Assembly (NCBI GenBank): GCA_016844925.1
Contig: JAERTI010000018.1
Location: 1,221-65,220, forward strand
DNA length: 64,000 nucleotides
Reading direction: 5' to 3'
Source of the DNA: Candidatus Uhrbacteria bacterium
Lineage (GTDB): Bacteria > Patescibacteriota > Patescibacteriia > UBA9934 > GWF2-40-263
Of the stretch, positions 18,801 through 29,055 are shown one piece after another. The notes under the pieces are model-generated. The model saw nothing but the letters and a program-made list of their open reading frames with translations, had not been told where the DNA came from and searched no databases. The translations under genes and the position numbers were made by a program. The first letter of the stretch is position 1; each line of letters starts with the position of its first letter.

Positions 18801-21800
18801 GGCAGTGACGACTGATCCAAGTTGCTGGTTCCCTGTGGTAATTCAAAGGCCGTGGAGCTAGGCATCTCTCCATCGTCGTCGATATTTCCATCGCTATACT
18901 TCACCCAGTCATACACCACATCCACTGGGAATGGTGAATCAATCTCAGGATACCCACGGCAGGACTGCTCGCGAGCATTATCTACATTCAACGCATCAGC
19001 CAATCCATTGGCATCACGGTCTGTGATATCTGTAAGACAGCTATTATTAAAGCAGGTTCCCACTACAGATGTTGAAGCTGGGACACACTCCTGCTGTGTA
19101 CCACAAGCCTCTTCCCCGTCGCCATCCTCATCATCAGTGGCAACACACGCCTCGCGATTATCTACATCACTTGTGAGCACATCTACACAGACGTACTGTC
19201 GCGGATCACAGATAGGCGTTGAAACAACGCCACCAGCCGTTACACCAATACAGTCGGTATGCGTTGTGCCGTCGGCCTCATAAAGATCTGGGTTACAAGA
19301 ACAGTCTCCTGAGGTACAGGTATCACCCGTTGCCTGACAGTATCCAACCACACAGGCTTCATCAGAACAGTCGTCATTGTCTGAGCAGGAGACGCCATCA
19401 CCGCCACAGAATCCAACACGACACTCTCCCCCGTTTCCAACACCTCCGCGGTCAATCTCGCCATCGCCGTCATCATCAATCGGCTCAGTTGAGTCACAGG
19501 CACCCGCGTTGTAAACCAAGCGGTAGTCTGTATCAGTAGTATTTGCACAATCGTAATGACAGTACCCAGTTCCACTCTCACAAACACCGTCACCATTCTC
19601 ATCAACACAGTCACAACCACCGTAATCTGCATCAATACACTCTAGGTCAGTGTTACAGGAAGTAACCGTTGTTGAAGACTCATCAACTTCACAGTCCGTG
19701 AACGCATTACACGCTGACGGCAAGTAATTATCGTTCAAAATAATATTCCCTGCCGTAGACTGACAGTAAGATGCTGCTTCAATGTTGAACTGGTTATAGT
19801 GCTCAATCGGTAACTGGTTTGGGATCGTATTTCCAGAGAGTTCAGTACCATTCCAGGTCACGTCGCGGCTTGCATAATCGCCGATCGTCAAGATTTCCAC
19901 ATCACGACTCTCCCAAGCAGTACAAATCGCTTCATCACCTTGAACCTTTCCAGCGACACACAAATCGATGGAATCACAGATGCGATCGTACTGACTGGTC
20001 TGAGAGTTCCAGCTCGTCTTAGAGCTATCACAGGCGAGCCATGCGCTACAGGTGCGATCACGATTCACTTTCAGCACTTCATTCACATCGTTAGAAAGAC
20101 GATAGGTCTCCATGGCGTCCATGCCATAAGTGGCACCGTCGAGTGAGGCGTTATCAAACACTGTCTCACCAACTTCCCACACGTTCGAACAGACACCAGA
20201 AGCCTCTTCCCCATCATCTGTGGTGATGATTGGGCAATCTGTATCACCCAAACAAGAACGCTCAAGATACGTATCTGAGAATCCTGTACGGTCGTACGCT
20301 TGCGCAGAACCTGTGTCGATACTGTCGCCACTTTCTAACTCATAGACACAGCGGCGCATACATAGATCTACCGTGTCCTCCTGACTAGAGCCCAAACCGT
20401 CTTCTACTCCATAGAACTCTGCGTCTGCCTCGGAAATACTGAACACAGCAGACCCTTCAACAGCACAGGTAATTGGGTCTACAAGTGAGTTCGGTGACTC
20501 GCCATAGAAGGTATCGGCATGAACAGATGTTACATAACTAACACTAGCGTTGTGTGAAAGATCTGAATTGGTGGTGTTGTAAAACAAACCACAACCCATC
20601 TTCTGACTCACCTGACCTTCACATTTTTGTGTATCTGAGAGTGTTTCCTCATCAAGAAGCTCATCGTTTGTGAAGTAATAACTGGTTCCATAGGAGTAGA
20701 CACCATTGGTATCCACCACATCGACAAACTCGGTACACATGTCATAAGCAGGCTCACACTGCGCTACCCATCCATCATAATCATCGTCACCGTTCTGCCA
20801 GACCTTGAACGTGTCTCCACCTTCAATGACAAAACTGTCGGCATTCACATCAAATACCCCATCACCATCATCATCGTTCCAATAACATGGTTCGTCTGTT
20901 CCGGTACGGAACCAACCATCGTAAGACTGATTATCTAGCGCAACACTTGTCTTGTACTCACAAGACTTATCAAGCGGATCTTTAAAGTAGAAGTTTCCGC
21001 TCTCATTAGAACTCCACTCCTCACAGAACAACGCCTGGTGGTCACAGAGGATGTTGTCGTAACTGGCTGGCAAATCAATATAATACTCGCTCTCAAATCC
21101 GGTCACCTCTGTCTGGACCTGATTATAGGTTGGGTTTCCTACCTCCGTACAACCCATAGCAGAAGAGAGGCACTCAACATCATTACTTAGCACTAAGTAC
21201 ACTGGAGTATCCCCCTTAACAATACGTGTCTCAGGTCCATAGACGATTCCAAAACCGCTCTCGATTGGGAGTGGTAGCTCGAATGTTTGCTCAGCATTAA
21301 ACGTACAATAAGACGTTCCCGCTGTAATGGTACAAAGTGTCTCACCCTCATACTCACAGTCCGTGTTAGACGTCACTACTTCCCCGTCCGTGAGATCATC
21401 TGAAGCATCCGCCGTGTAGACACAACGAGCATTAAAGACTTGTGCGTACTCGCTCTCTGAGTTGTGTGTATTGTAGAGCCCCTCACAACCAATCACCTCT
21501 TCATTACAAATGTTTGTAAACTGGTACAAGTCAGCGTCATTTCCATTGTGATCGGTGTACGCCTCACAACCAAGGTAGAACTGATCCGAGTCAGCGCCGG
21601 CTGGTGTCTGGTCACACGTGGACGGCACAACCCAGGAATCCTTAATAACCGTCACGTTCTCCTCGGTCTGCTTAAGGGTGATGTTATCGATGTAGAACTC
21701 GTCACTGCTGTCAGTGGTAAATCGAAGGATGGCGTTCTCATCGAAATCATCAAACTCGCTCGTGTCGAGCGGCCCGAGACTATAAAGCTGCCAGGAACCA

Positions 21801-24800
21801 GAAAGCGTGACGGGGTCAGCACCAGAAGTCTCCGCAAGAGGATCATTCATGTCATGCTCGTCTCCTGCTCCACCCTCTTCAATAAAATTCACCGTCAGTT
21901 CACCAGAACCCTTTGCCCAAAAATCAACAATGAACGTCTTGCCCCCTACCAACTCATCGGTCAGAGGTCCGCAACTTTCTTCACCATCGGAAATAATACA
22001 ACTCTCGTCCGCTGTTCCATCGCTGTCGACATCGTTCTCCACATAACAACCAGAATCTTCCACAGTTCCACCGACGCTTGTACAGGTGGTGTCGTCATCA
22101 GCATCGTAGGTCGCTGATGTATCTGTGCTGTCGAGATAAATCTGAACAATGTCGAACCCAGCGGTTCCTGTGGTATTTGTAACAGACAGCGAGTGGCCAT
22201 CTGTGGCAACGGATTCGTTAGAAATAGCCAGAGACTGCGTACCGCTTGTATCGGCAATCACGAAATCCTCGTATGTACCACCCTCAAAGGTCTCATCCAA
22301 AATGTCGGTCGCATTACGCCCAGAACCACCCGTGTACTCACGACATCCGCTCTGACCAGCTGGACACTCAACAGACTCTTCGGCAAGCACGTAATATCGG
22401 CAGAATCCCTGCGCTGTCCAGTACCCACCAGAGTCCTCACAGTCCGTCTCATTGGAGTCGTCCATGCGGTATGGCGTACAGGCATTGTCAACAGAAATGG
22501 TTGTCGAGTGCAGACGATAGTGCGCATTACCCTCTGAATCGAAGTACTCACGACAATCTGGATTCTCAAAAATGTCGTCGTGCTCATCACAGTCGTCATT
22601 ACTCCACACATCCTGATTCATCAACGCATTGCGATCATTACACACCACCTCATCCTCGGCCGTCATGGAAACGTGTACACACGGCGCGTTCTCTGGATCT
22701 GTTTCCTGGAACCCGGAACCTGTTGATGAGAGATCAAATGTGTCTCTGGATCCTGTGTAATTCGACTGCAGCAAGTACCACGTATTCAACTGGTACCCCT
22801 CGTTATCTGACCCCTCCCACGTAAAGAAGGTAGCTGGCGTGTTGTTCGCCGCAGTGCCATCGGCAATCGTCTCAGTCAGACAAGAACGTGTGTCAGTAAA
22901 GTATTCTGTCTGCTCTCCCCCTTCTGCCACAGCACCAAGAGAGGTAAAGGCATCACAACCAACATACTGTTCACTACAGGTAGCAGCGCTATCAGCAATA
23001 AAGTAAAGCGGGAAGGATTCTGCTTCACGGTCCGTAGCCTCCTGCTTATAGGTTGTGTAACCAACACACTCAGATGGACACTCATCAAGCTCAGAAATAA
23101 TCGCTGGGACAGATGGATCACCATCCTCTGGAGTATAGAGACTACAGCCAACCTCCTGAGCACTACAGACCTGAGCATAATCATCACACCCTGCCGGATC
23201 ATCAGCCCCACCGGTACAACCCAAGTAATCTGGGGCAACTTTGTAATAAACAACACTCGTCGACGTGCTGTAACCCTCTGTATAAGTATTTACATCTTCA
23301 CCCAGCTCGAGCTGAACGCCATCAAGAGCAATACCACCAGTAACGATAGCTATGTGCACATAAGATGTGTCTTCCGGAATAGTTACCGTACAATCATGCC
23401 TTGCCCAATCACCACCAGAAAGCTCGTCACTTGTTGGGTCAAATGTCATCAAATACGCACTTCCAAACGTACCGCAGTAATCATTACTTGTATCGTATGA
23501 AAGCCCTGAAACAGAAAGAGAATTCCCATCTTCATCGTAGGAGACAAGTGACATGAATCCCCCAGTCGAAGTTGATCCACTCAACTTGACACTCACACTG
23601 AACGTATAAAAATTACCCGGAGCTACATCGATAAACTGCTTAAAGACGTCTCCACTTCCATCAAAGCTATACGAGCCGTATTGGGCATCTCCCTCAAGAA
23701 TCGCTCCAGTAGCAACGACATCAAACAACCAATCATCAGGAAGGTCATCACCATCTACATCCTCCTCAAAACTCGCGTTCTTAACCGTGTTTAAGGTTAG
23801 CGTGTCTGAAAACTCAATTAACTGCGTACAACCACCATCTGTATCCGCACATTCCTCCGCATCATGTGTGAGGTAAATACGATCCTCATACGCATAGGAG
23901 TCGTAACTATAGCTTTCGCCAGAATCGGAAGTGTAGGAGTAACTTGCACGTGCTTCAACATCACCAGACGTATTCTGGTATGCCCAGTCGTCATCTCGAT
24001 CCGCTGTTTCATAGACCTCCCCTCCTGGGAGCCAGGCGTATTCATCATCGGACGTATCATCAGCTGTCCCCGCGTCATCATAAAGTTTCTGTGTGCGGTA
24101 CCAGCGACAGCCAGCATTGTCCTGACCACAGACACTGTAGTCCACTGTATTTACCAGGTAGTCGACAGCATCTCCAGTTTCTGTGTTGCTAAAGGACAAA
24201 CAAGAAGCGTACTCGGCCGGACACTCGCTTCCACGGAAACGCCAGACATTCTCTTCTTCTACACAGTAACCATACCCATCAGTACAGTTCCCGTCGTTAT
24301 CTTCACCAATACAACTCGGTGCGTCTGCACAATACGTCAGACGACCAGCTGTTTGAGTACCGATTCGAATCTCTCCGTTCACTACGGCACGACACTGACT
24401 ATCTGGATACTTGAGCACCCAGTTCGGATCAATCAAATGACACCATTGCGTACCCGAACCTTCAGGGCCAATATCACCATCTTCTGTACACGTATCGAAA
24501 CCATCAATCACATCCTGCAGCGTGGCGTCGCCATCGCCATTTCGAAGTGCTGCGAGCTCCCAACCAATAGGTATCACGCGCGCCTTACGCAACTTCACCA
24601 AGTTTCCATAACAAAAACCGTAAGTATAGCAATAGGGGTCTTGGTTTGAGGCCTGCTCATCAGGTCCAATCAAGAGCCAATCTCCGTTAATCAACCCTTC
24701 ATCGATCGCCTCTTGCAGGGTAATAGCTGCCCCCGACCCTCCACGGGACACAGCCGCGAGGAAGTTAGCATCCATGACACAATTGTTGATTCCCCTGTTT

Positions 24801-26005
24801 GTCACCCCTTCGGCAATACAGACAACAAACTCAGAAAGGGCATTGTATTCAATCGTACGAATAGGATTTGTTGCAAGAACATCCGCAAATCGCTCTTGTG
24901 CTGCCTCACGTCCTCCAGTACTCACACCCTCTACATCAAATGGGTCAAACTCGTAACCATCCTCCTCAAACAAACCTGTATAGACACGATTCATTAACGT
25001 TGAGAGTAGTGTGTTTGTAAACGTAGAAGCGGTCGTCAAAGCCAGTCCCCCAATCATCTCCTTCGCATTCACCAAATCACCAACATTAATCTTTGACTGG
25101 TCACCATCAACTTTCGCCAACTCATCTTCAAAATCTTTCTGCAACGTCTCACTTGGCGTTTTAACGTTTCCAGTAATGAATCCGGTTACGTTTTTATAGG
25201 TACTCTCATTACGCTGTAAAAACTGAAGCAACTTCTGCTCGTGAACCTTTTGGTTAATCGCAATGTTAATACGCAAAGAAGCAGAGAGTTCATTTTTTCC
25301 AGGCTTCAAAGACTCAGCAAACTTAGAAAGAATAGCCTCTTGGCGTGCCTCCGGCGACCCAATGGTGGCAAACGAGTCAGAAATAAACCCTTCCCAATTA
25401 GCTCCAACCTCCAGAATGTCACACTTAGGTTCCTCTGGTTGATACTTCTGCTTAATACCGATGGCCAGTGCCAAATCGAGAATAGGCTTGTTTGCCCCAG
25501 GATCACAAAGATTAAACTCAACACCCAATTCCTCAGAAGAAAGTTCAGAAAGAATACCAACCGCCTCTCCCGCAACCTCCAGTCCGAGTTGTGCGAAAGC
25601 ATCGGCCGGCTCTGTTTTATAGAAAAGAGATTCCTGTCCAACACCACCGGAAGCAATCGCTACAGCAGCCTCATAAGCCAAACGATTCAAGACAAACTGA
25701 GAAAGGTTCAAAAGCGCTTGAATCAATGCGATGCGGAACACGGGCGACACCATTTTTTCACCCACTGTTTTAAGGTTGTTCTTCAACCCTTCAGGGGGAC
25801 ATACCGCTGCACCAGGAGACGTTGCCACACACGCACCAACCGCCGAACCAGCTGCCGCCTCACCACCAGCAAAAATCTGTTCAACGTCCTGAGCAAGCAC
25901 CTGCTGGTGAGAAGCAAACAAACCTACGGAAACCAGTCCTAGTACAAAAACGGCTGCCAGCGCAGAGGAAATAATTCGCTTCGTTTTTTGATTGCTGTTC
26001 AACAT
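15869..26005 (-). CDS. giant (3378 aa) secreted Cys-rich and Asp-rich extracellular protein with thrombospondin-type-3-like calcium-binding motifs
   Basis: Uninterrupted 10.1 kb ORF. N-terminal signal/anchor ALAAVFVLGLVSVGLFA. There are hundreds of Cys residues. DxDxDG-type motifs include DDDGDGEIDRGG and DSDGDEINDG. No recognisable catalytic domain was found. Confidence 0.8.
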   Translation of the reverse strand: MLNSNQKTKRIISSALAAVFVLGLVSVGLFASHQQVLAQDVEQIFAGGEAAAGSAVGACVATSPGAAVCPPEGLKNNLKTVGEKMVSPVFRIALIQALLNLSQFVLNRLAYEAAVAIASGGVGQESLFYKTEPADAFAQLGLEVAGEAVGILSELSSEELGVEFNLCDPGANKPILDLALAIGIKQKYQPEEPKCDILEVGANWEGFISDSFATIGSPEARQEAILSKFAESLKPGKNELSASLRINIAINQKVHEQKLLQFLQRNESTYKNVTGFITGNVKTPSETLQKDFEDELAKVDGDQSKINVGDLVNAKEMIGGLALTTASTFTNTLLSTLMNRVYTGLFEEDGYEFDPFDVEGVSTGGREAAQERFADVLATNPIRTIEYNALSEFVVCIAEGVTNRGINNCVMDANFLAAVSRGGSGAAITLQEAIDEGLINGDWLLIGPDEQASNQDPYCYTYGFCYGNLVKLRKARVIPIGWELAALRNGDGDATLQDVIDGFDTCTEDGDIGPEGSGTQWCHLIDPNWVLKYPDSQCRAVVNGEIRIGTQTAGRLTYCADAPSCIGEDNDGNCTDGYGYCVEEENVWRFRGSECPAEYASCLSFSNTETGDAVDYLVNTVDYSVCGQDNAGCRWYRTQKLYDDAGTADDTSDDEYAWLPGGEVYETADRDDDWAYQNTSGDVEARASYSYTSDSGESYSYDSYAYEDRIYLTHDAEECADTDGGCTQLIEFSDTLTLNTVKNASFEEDVDGDDLPDDWLFDVVATGAILEGDAQYGSYSFDGSGDVFKQFIDVAPGNFYTFSVSVKLSGSTSTGGFMSLVSYDEDGNSLSVSGLSYDTSNDYCGTFGSAYLMTFDPTSDELSGGDWARHDCTVTIPEDTSYVHIAIVTGGIALDGVQLELGEDVNTYTEGYSTSTSVVYYKVAPDYLGCTGGADDPAGCDDYAQVCSAQEVGCSLYTPEDGDPSVPAIISELDECPSECVGYTTYKQEATDREAESFPLYFIADSAATCSEQYVGCDAFTSLGAVAEGGEQTEYFTDTRSCLTETIADGTAANNTPATFFTWEGSDNEGYQLNTWYLLQSNYTGSRDTFDLSSTGSGFQETDPENAPCVHVSMTAEDEVVCNDRNALMNQDVWSNDDCDEHDDIFENPDCREYFDSEGNAHYRLHSTTISVDNACTPYRMDDSNETDCEDSGGYWTAQGFCRYYVLAEESVECPAGQSGCREYTGGSGRNATDILDETFEGGTYEDFVIADTSGTQSLAISNESVATDGHSLSVTNTTGTAGFDIVQIYLDSTDTSATYDADDDTTCTSVGGTVEDSGCYVENDVDSDGTADESCIISDGEESCGPLTDELVGGKTFIVDFWAKGSGELTVNFIEEGGAGDEHDMNDPLAETSGADPVTLSGSWQLYSLGPLDTSEFDDFDENAILRFTTDSSDEFYIDNITLKQTEENVTVIKDSWVVPSTCDQTPAGADSDQFYLGCEAYTDHNGNDADLYQFTNICNEEVIGCEGLYNTHNSESEYAQVFNARCVYTADASDDLTDGEVVTSNTDCEYEGETLCTITAGTSYCTFNAEQTFELPLPIESGFGIVYGPETRIVKGDTPVYLVLSNDVECLSSAMGCTEVGNPTYNQVQTEVTGFESEYYIDLPASYDNILCDHQALFCEEWSSNESGNFYFKDPLDKSCEYKTSVALDNQSYDGWFRTGTDEPCYWNDDDGDGVFDVNADSFVIEGGDTFKVWQNGDDDYDGWVAQCEPAYDMCTEFVDVVDTNGVYSYGTSYYFTNDELLDEETLSDTQKCEGQVSQKMGCGLFYNTTNSDLSHNASVSYVTSVHADTFYGESPNSLVDPITCAVEGSAVFSISEADAEFYGVEDGLGSSQEDTVDLCMRRCVYELESGDSIDTGSAQAYDRTGFSDTYLERSCLGDTDCPIITTDDGEEASGVCSNVWEVGETVFDNASLDGATYGMDAMETYRLSNDVNEVLKVNRDRTCSAWLACDSSKTSWNSQTSQYDRICDSIDLCVAGKVQGDEAICTAWESRDVEILTIGDYASRDVTWNGTELSGNTIPNQLPIEHYNQFNIEAASYCQSTAGNIILNDNYLPSACNAFTDCEVDESSTTVTSCNTDLECIDADYGGCDCVDENGDGVCESGTGYCHYDCANTTDTDYRLVYNAGACDSTEPIDDDGDGEIDRGGVGNGGECRVGFCGGDGVSCSDNDDCSDEACVVGYCQATGDTCTSGDCSCNPDLYEADGTTHTDCIGVTAGGVVSTPICDPRQYVCVDVLTSDVDNREACVATDDEDGDGEEACGTQQECVPASTSVVGTCFNNSCLTDITDRDANGLADALNVDNAREQSCRGYPEIDSPFPVDVVYDWVKYSDGNIDDDGEMPSSTAFELPQGTSNLDQSSLPYTYLSGFQDATVCALDNDGNPTDCLCSYDKVEYGSGAAYQYHPSGSSFPQGEDDEVPLGVCTGGNFSGIACINDDDCSTADKAGTCEFATQISTMSGWHGYCIERDTSIQTLGSSDTEDQACLSWLPVDQLTGATDLYAKYTSAGYAPQDTYYCADIAMGYGVGTTGIGCAEVQDLNCNDSDFESFKDEASNTSVGSGEDDCIAAAWCPDGYFGVMTGCGDQSWDNRCTASAEDDCPFFCVPKLSYKTNTTDGHTDERCLTPDVALDIDLNYGGAETAYSYAINNVGDHWSIGTDYETSARVYVMNSTDFGTAWSYYNDCFTRGVLSVADGGNADEFYSPRANIAELEERYQTGGTNEKGYYELVFDFRPRAVCTSLAQVSTKTLEDNDFLPFKTYNAAYTDRLWATGSDRYTITPTGTDFSYSNTTEYAQFGKADDYQNLAAYVDPFPHEAVMCEMDDYSQEPAPADVGDSCPTDYSISSSSGAHARAFYEVSIQVSGTVFSDWCKDGEDCLCYDNDDYGSTDPSECNWDNDNDREITCGGEDLEGVCDGGSNSGNTCDLYDYDSNGDHDYCGSGNDCVSTCDGGEYDGGGDSDGDEINDGACYTDAHCVLNYCQVRFATSDGQLTGATCLAEGEAPEYSFIESEDEEDAISRLSQIFGRIYGLAVFSDDGYDGAADISTGGLDGAFDNEPFGSWELLGIDELDDEGYGDWIWNNLYDTDGEAPHIAAIGDCNGSECFEGAEDSFTVDELTGGEISAEGSYRAPVSFYAYADTNHMPIRRMVVDWGDDFTSITGDVAWGTGSQSGSTADDNFYKNYRGINPISNQDECQDGTAANDEFGNSADACSSSYVTFTHDYVCTQGRLNDLQIAGRVCNFEDDGRLVNSPCVENEACVFQPRIHVMDNWGWCTGYCDSEETDTGTECFTGVLSDGITEVDECNIDGCPGGGSGSCEAEFDYGNLSNPWINWDGYISVTPE

Positions 26006-26008
26006 GGT

Positions 26009-26731
26009 TTATTCCGTTGACTGATCAACTTGCCCCCCCTCAGTTTCACTCACAACAAGATCATCAAACGCTCCTGTTTCTGACGACTCATCAACTACGG
26101 TATTGAAGAAGTCCACAAGCGTATCGTCATCAATGGCATTAAGTTCCCCCTCTTCCATTCCAGCCTCAATCAGCGCACTACGAATCTCTTCAATGGTTGC
26201 CTGCTTGAAAAAGTTCTCAATATCTTCTGCGCTATTAAACTGAATCTCTCCTGAGCTAAGAACTTCGTCATCTGTCACTCCATCAATGAGCCCGGCGGCC
26301 GCGTTGTCACCAGCGCTGACAACTTCAGAATCATCTCCGCCCCCATCACAATCACCATCCACCGGACAGTTTGGATTGTTTCCAGAAAAAACTTCTGACT
26401 TATCGTCGTATCCATCTGAATCAGAATCTTCTAAGTAGGGAGAAGTTTTGTAAACGTACAGCTCGTCATAATCAACCAAACCATCACCATCAGTATCCTT
26501 CGTCTTTGACTCCTCGAGCTCTCGGGCCTCACGCTCTGAGGAGGTTAAAAATTCTTCGCCGGTATAAAGATCGGCAATCTGTTGCTGGATGGGTCGATCC
26601 AGGTTTGCTCCAAACGACATGAAGCCGAGTACAACACCGCCAAACCCTAAAAACATCAAAAGGCCAAAAGCAACCTTTTGCTCCGGGCTTAGCACCACGG
26701 GCGGGCGATGTTTCACTCGTTGGGTGGCCAT
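26009..26731 (-). CDS. single-pass membrane protein with thrombospondin-type-3-like Ca-binding repeats; probable partner of the giant protein
   Basis: TM segment VAFGLLMFLGFGGVVLGFMSF. Motifs DTDGDGLVDYDE, DSDSDGYDD and CPVDGDCDGGGDD. Only 3 nt separate it from the giant gene start. Confidence 0.55.
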   Translation of the reverse strand: MATQRVKHRPPVVLSPEQKVAFGLLMFLGFGGVVLGFMSFGANLDRPIQQQIADLYTGEEFLTSSEREARELEESKTKDTDGDGLVDYDELYVYKTSPYLEDSDSDGYDDKSEVFSGNNPNCPVDGDCDGGGDDSEVVSAGDNAAAGLIDGVTDDEVLSSGEIQFNSAEDIENFFKQATIEEIRSALIEAGMEEGELNAIDDDTLVDFFNTVVDESSETGAFDDLVVSETEGGQVDQSTE

Positions 26732-26780
26732 AATCTTCTGAATTATTATAGCAAAACACCCAGGGAAACCCTAGGTGCTT

Positions 26781-27533
26781 TTACATTCTCTTGCTCAAAT
26801 TGTGGGTAAGTTCTTTCCAGTTATCGATCGTCAGGTCCTGCGCTCGGATCTTTGGGTCAAGACCCATCCCCTCAAGGACCTCTTTTGTCCCTGGACCAAT
26901 ATTTTTCTGGAGTTGTTTTCGACGAGAAGAAAAGCCCCTCTTGGCCACGGCAATCACGCTCTCAAGCGAGACGTTCTCCTTATTTTCTCGATATAAATCC
27001 AGTTGAATCACTGCTGAATCCACTTTGGGAATAGGGCGGAACGCTCCAGCTGGAACCTTGAACACTTTTTTGCACTGAGCATACAGCTGACACATCACTG
27101 ACAGCACACTCATAGCACCAGGGCCCGCCACGATTCTGTCAGCCACTTCTTTTTGAACAAGTAAAATCATCCTCGTGGGTGGATGCTCATGCGTCAGATA
27201 GCGCCGAAGAATGTCTGAGGTAATACTGTAGGGAATATTCGCCACAAGTTTATAGTCCCCTTCCGGAGGTGTTGTAACCAATGCATCCCCATGTACCACC
27301 TTCACGTGATCGCCAAACTGCTCCTTAAGGGGCTCTATCAACGAATCATCTGCCTCCACCGCCACAACCTTGGCCCCAGCCTCAACAAGCGCTTTTGTAA
27401 GCAGCCCCGTACCAGGACCGATCTCAAATACCGTCTCGCCTGATTGAATACCTGCGGCCGCGACAATTTTCTGCACAGCCGTCTCATCCACGAGCCAATT
27501 CTGGGAGTAGGATTTTTTTGCCTTAGGAAGCAT
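26781..27533 (-). CDS. rsmA: 16S rRNA (adenine1518/1519-N6)-dimethyltransferase
   Basis: KsgA motifs SQNWL, EIGPGTGLLT and VVAVEADDSL. Confidence 0.9.
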   Translation of the reverse strand: MLPKAKKSYSQNWLVDETAVQKIVAAAGIQSGETVFEIGPGTGLLTKALVEAGAKVVAVEADDSLIEPLKEQFGDHVKVVHGDALVTTPPEGDYKLVANIPYSITSDILRRYLTHEHPPTRMILLVQKEVADRIVAGPGAMSVLSVMCQLYAQCKKVFKVPAGAFRPIPKVDSAVIQLDLYRENKENVSLESVIAVAKRGFSSRRKQLQKNIGPGTKEVLEGMGLDPKIRAQDLTIDNWKELTHNLSKRM

Positions 27534-27535
27534 AG

Positions 27536-28156
27536 CTAAATCTCGATTGATCCCTGTCTCAATACCTCCGGATACCCATAATCATCCACGGCAACAATCG
27601 TTGACGGAAGCTCGGGTTCAAGTTCTCCCCCATCTAGATAGAAATCCGGACCCTCATCGAGCTGACCGCGAACACAGGCTGCTGAGTAACACACCTCCTC
27701 CCCAGAACGGTTTGCGCTCGTTGAAACAATTGGCGCTCCCAATCCCTCGGACAGGGCCTTGGCAACCGGATGTGACGTCACTCGAACTGCCACCGTTCCA
27801 CCCCTCACAACACCAGAAGACAACTCCCCCATCTCAGGAAGTACGAGTGTAAGTGGGCCCGGCCAGTGCTTCGATGCCAAACGTTCCAATCCACGAGGGA
27901 TTCCTGCGACAGCCTCGACCATCTCTCGTGAAGCCGCAAGGATCGGGAACGACTTTTCCTCCGGACGCCCTTTAAGCACCGCAACTTTTTGCACCGCTTC
28001 CTCATTGCGCGCGTCAGCAGCTAATCCATAGGCCGTCTCCGTAGGAAACACAACAACACCTCCTTGACGGAGGACCTGAACCGCTTCATCAATGTGCTGC
28101 TCTGAAATGTTCACACTATTTTTTCTGATACCACTTAATCGTCTTCTTGAGCCCAT
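27536..28156 (-). CDS. tsaC: L-threonylcarbamoyladenylate synthase (Sua5/YrdC family)
   Basis: YrdC-like motifs VVFPTETAYGLAADA, KGRPEEKSFPIL and SANRSGEE. Confidence 0.85.
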   Translation of the reverse strand: MGSRRRLSGIRKNSVNISEQHIDEAVQVLRQGGVVVFPTETAYGLAADARNEEAVQKVAVLKGRPEEKSFPILAASREMVEAVAGIPRGLERLASKHWPGPLTLVLPEMGELSSGVVRGGTVAVRVTSHPVAKALSEGLGAPIVSTSANRSGEEVCYSAACVRGQLDEGPDFYLDGGELEPELPSTIVAVDDYGYPEVLRQGSIEI

Positions 28157-29045
28157 CCTCTAACTTCACCTTCGGCTCCCACCCAAGAAACTTCTGTGCC
28201 TTCTTGTAACTCAACGCCGATCGCATAACTTCCCCAGGACAGGAAGGCACGTGACGCTCAGGAAGCTGATAACCAATGATCTTTTTCATCTTTCGAAAGA
28301 TCGTATTAATACTTGTCTGCTTTGCGGTCCCGATGTTGAACTCCCCCACAACAGAACGATTCATAGCAGCCATATTTGCACGCACCACATCGTCGACATA
28401 GACAAAGTCACGTGTTTGCTTCCCAGTACCCGTAATCATCGTCGGTGCGCCTTTAAGCATCTGCTCAGCAAAAATTGAAATCACACCAGCCTCTCCCTTA
28501 GCATTCTGACGAGGGCCGTACACGTTCGCATAACGCAGCGCTACATACGGCATGCCGTGCACGTGATAGGCATAATTGAAATACATCTCCGCACTACGCT
28601 TTGAAATACCGTACGGAGAAATAGGTCCCGGAGGCGTCTTCTCAGAATACGGAATACGCGCACCCTCTGGATACATGGGTCCGCCCGTTGAGGTATACAC
28701 CACTTTCTTCACCCCGAGCTTTCCACACTCATGCGCGATCGTCAGGCTACCCATGACATTAATGCGCGCATCTCCTGGCGGATCTTCAACGGAGCAGCGG
28801 AGGTTCACCTGGGCCGCCAGATGGAACACAATGTCCGGCTTGATCCGCTTGAGATACTTGGGGAACTGCGGATTCAAAATCGACATTTTAGTAAAATGCG
28901 CATTGGGGTTGAGGTTCTTCTTATTCCCCGTAGACAAATCGTCTACGACATACACTTTAATCCGACGGCGAATAAGCGCATCGACAATATGCGAGCCGAT
29001 AAACCCGGCCCCGCCTGTGACTAATGCTGTTTTATATTTAGGCAT
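28116..29045 (-). CDS. NAD-dependent epimerase/dehydratase (extended SDR, GalE/UXS-like); the likely start is MPKYKTALV
   Basis: Rossmann motif TGGAGFIGS and catalytic YGISK (YxxxK). Confidence 0.8.
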   Translation of the reverse strand: MPKYKTALVTGGAGFIGSHIVDALIRRRIKVYVVDDLSTGNKKNLNPNAHFTKMSILNPQFPKYLKRIKPDIVFHLAAQVNLRCSVEDPPGDARINVMGSLTIAHECGKLGVKKVVYTSTGGPMYPEGARIPYSEKTPPGPISPYGISKRSAEMYFNYAYHVHGMPYVALRYANVYGPRQNAKGEAGVISIFAEQMLKGAPTMITGTGKQTRDFVYVDDVVRANMAAMNRSVVGEFNIGTAKQTSINTIFRKMKKIIGYQLPERHVPSCPGEVMRSALSYKKAQKFLGWEPKVKLEDGLKKTIKWYQKK

Positions 29046-29055
29046 AAATATGAGC

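Noticed and set aside
26732-26760. Extended -10 box TGCTATAAT upstream of the 240-aa membrane protein gene
   Set aside because: The box ends only about 13 nt before the ATG, leaving no room for a normal leader and RBS. It may be coincidental or a leaderless transcript, and the evidence is insufficient to call a promoter.
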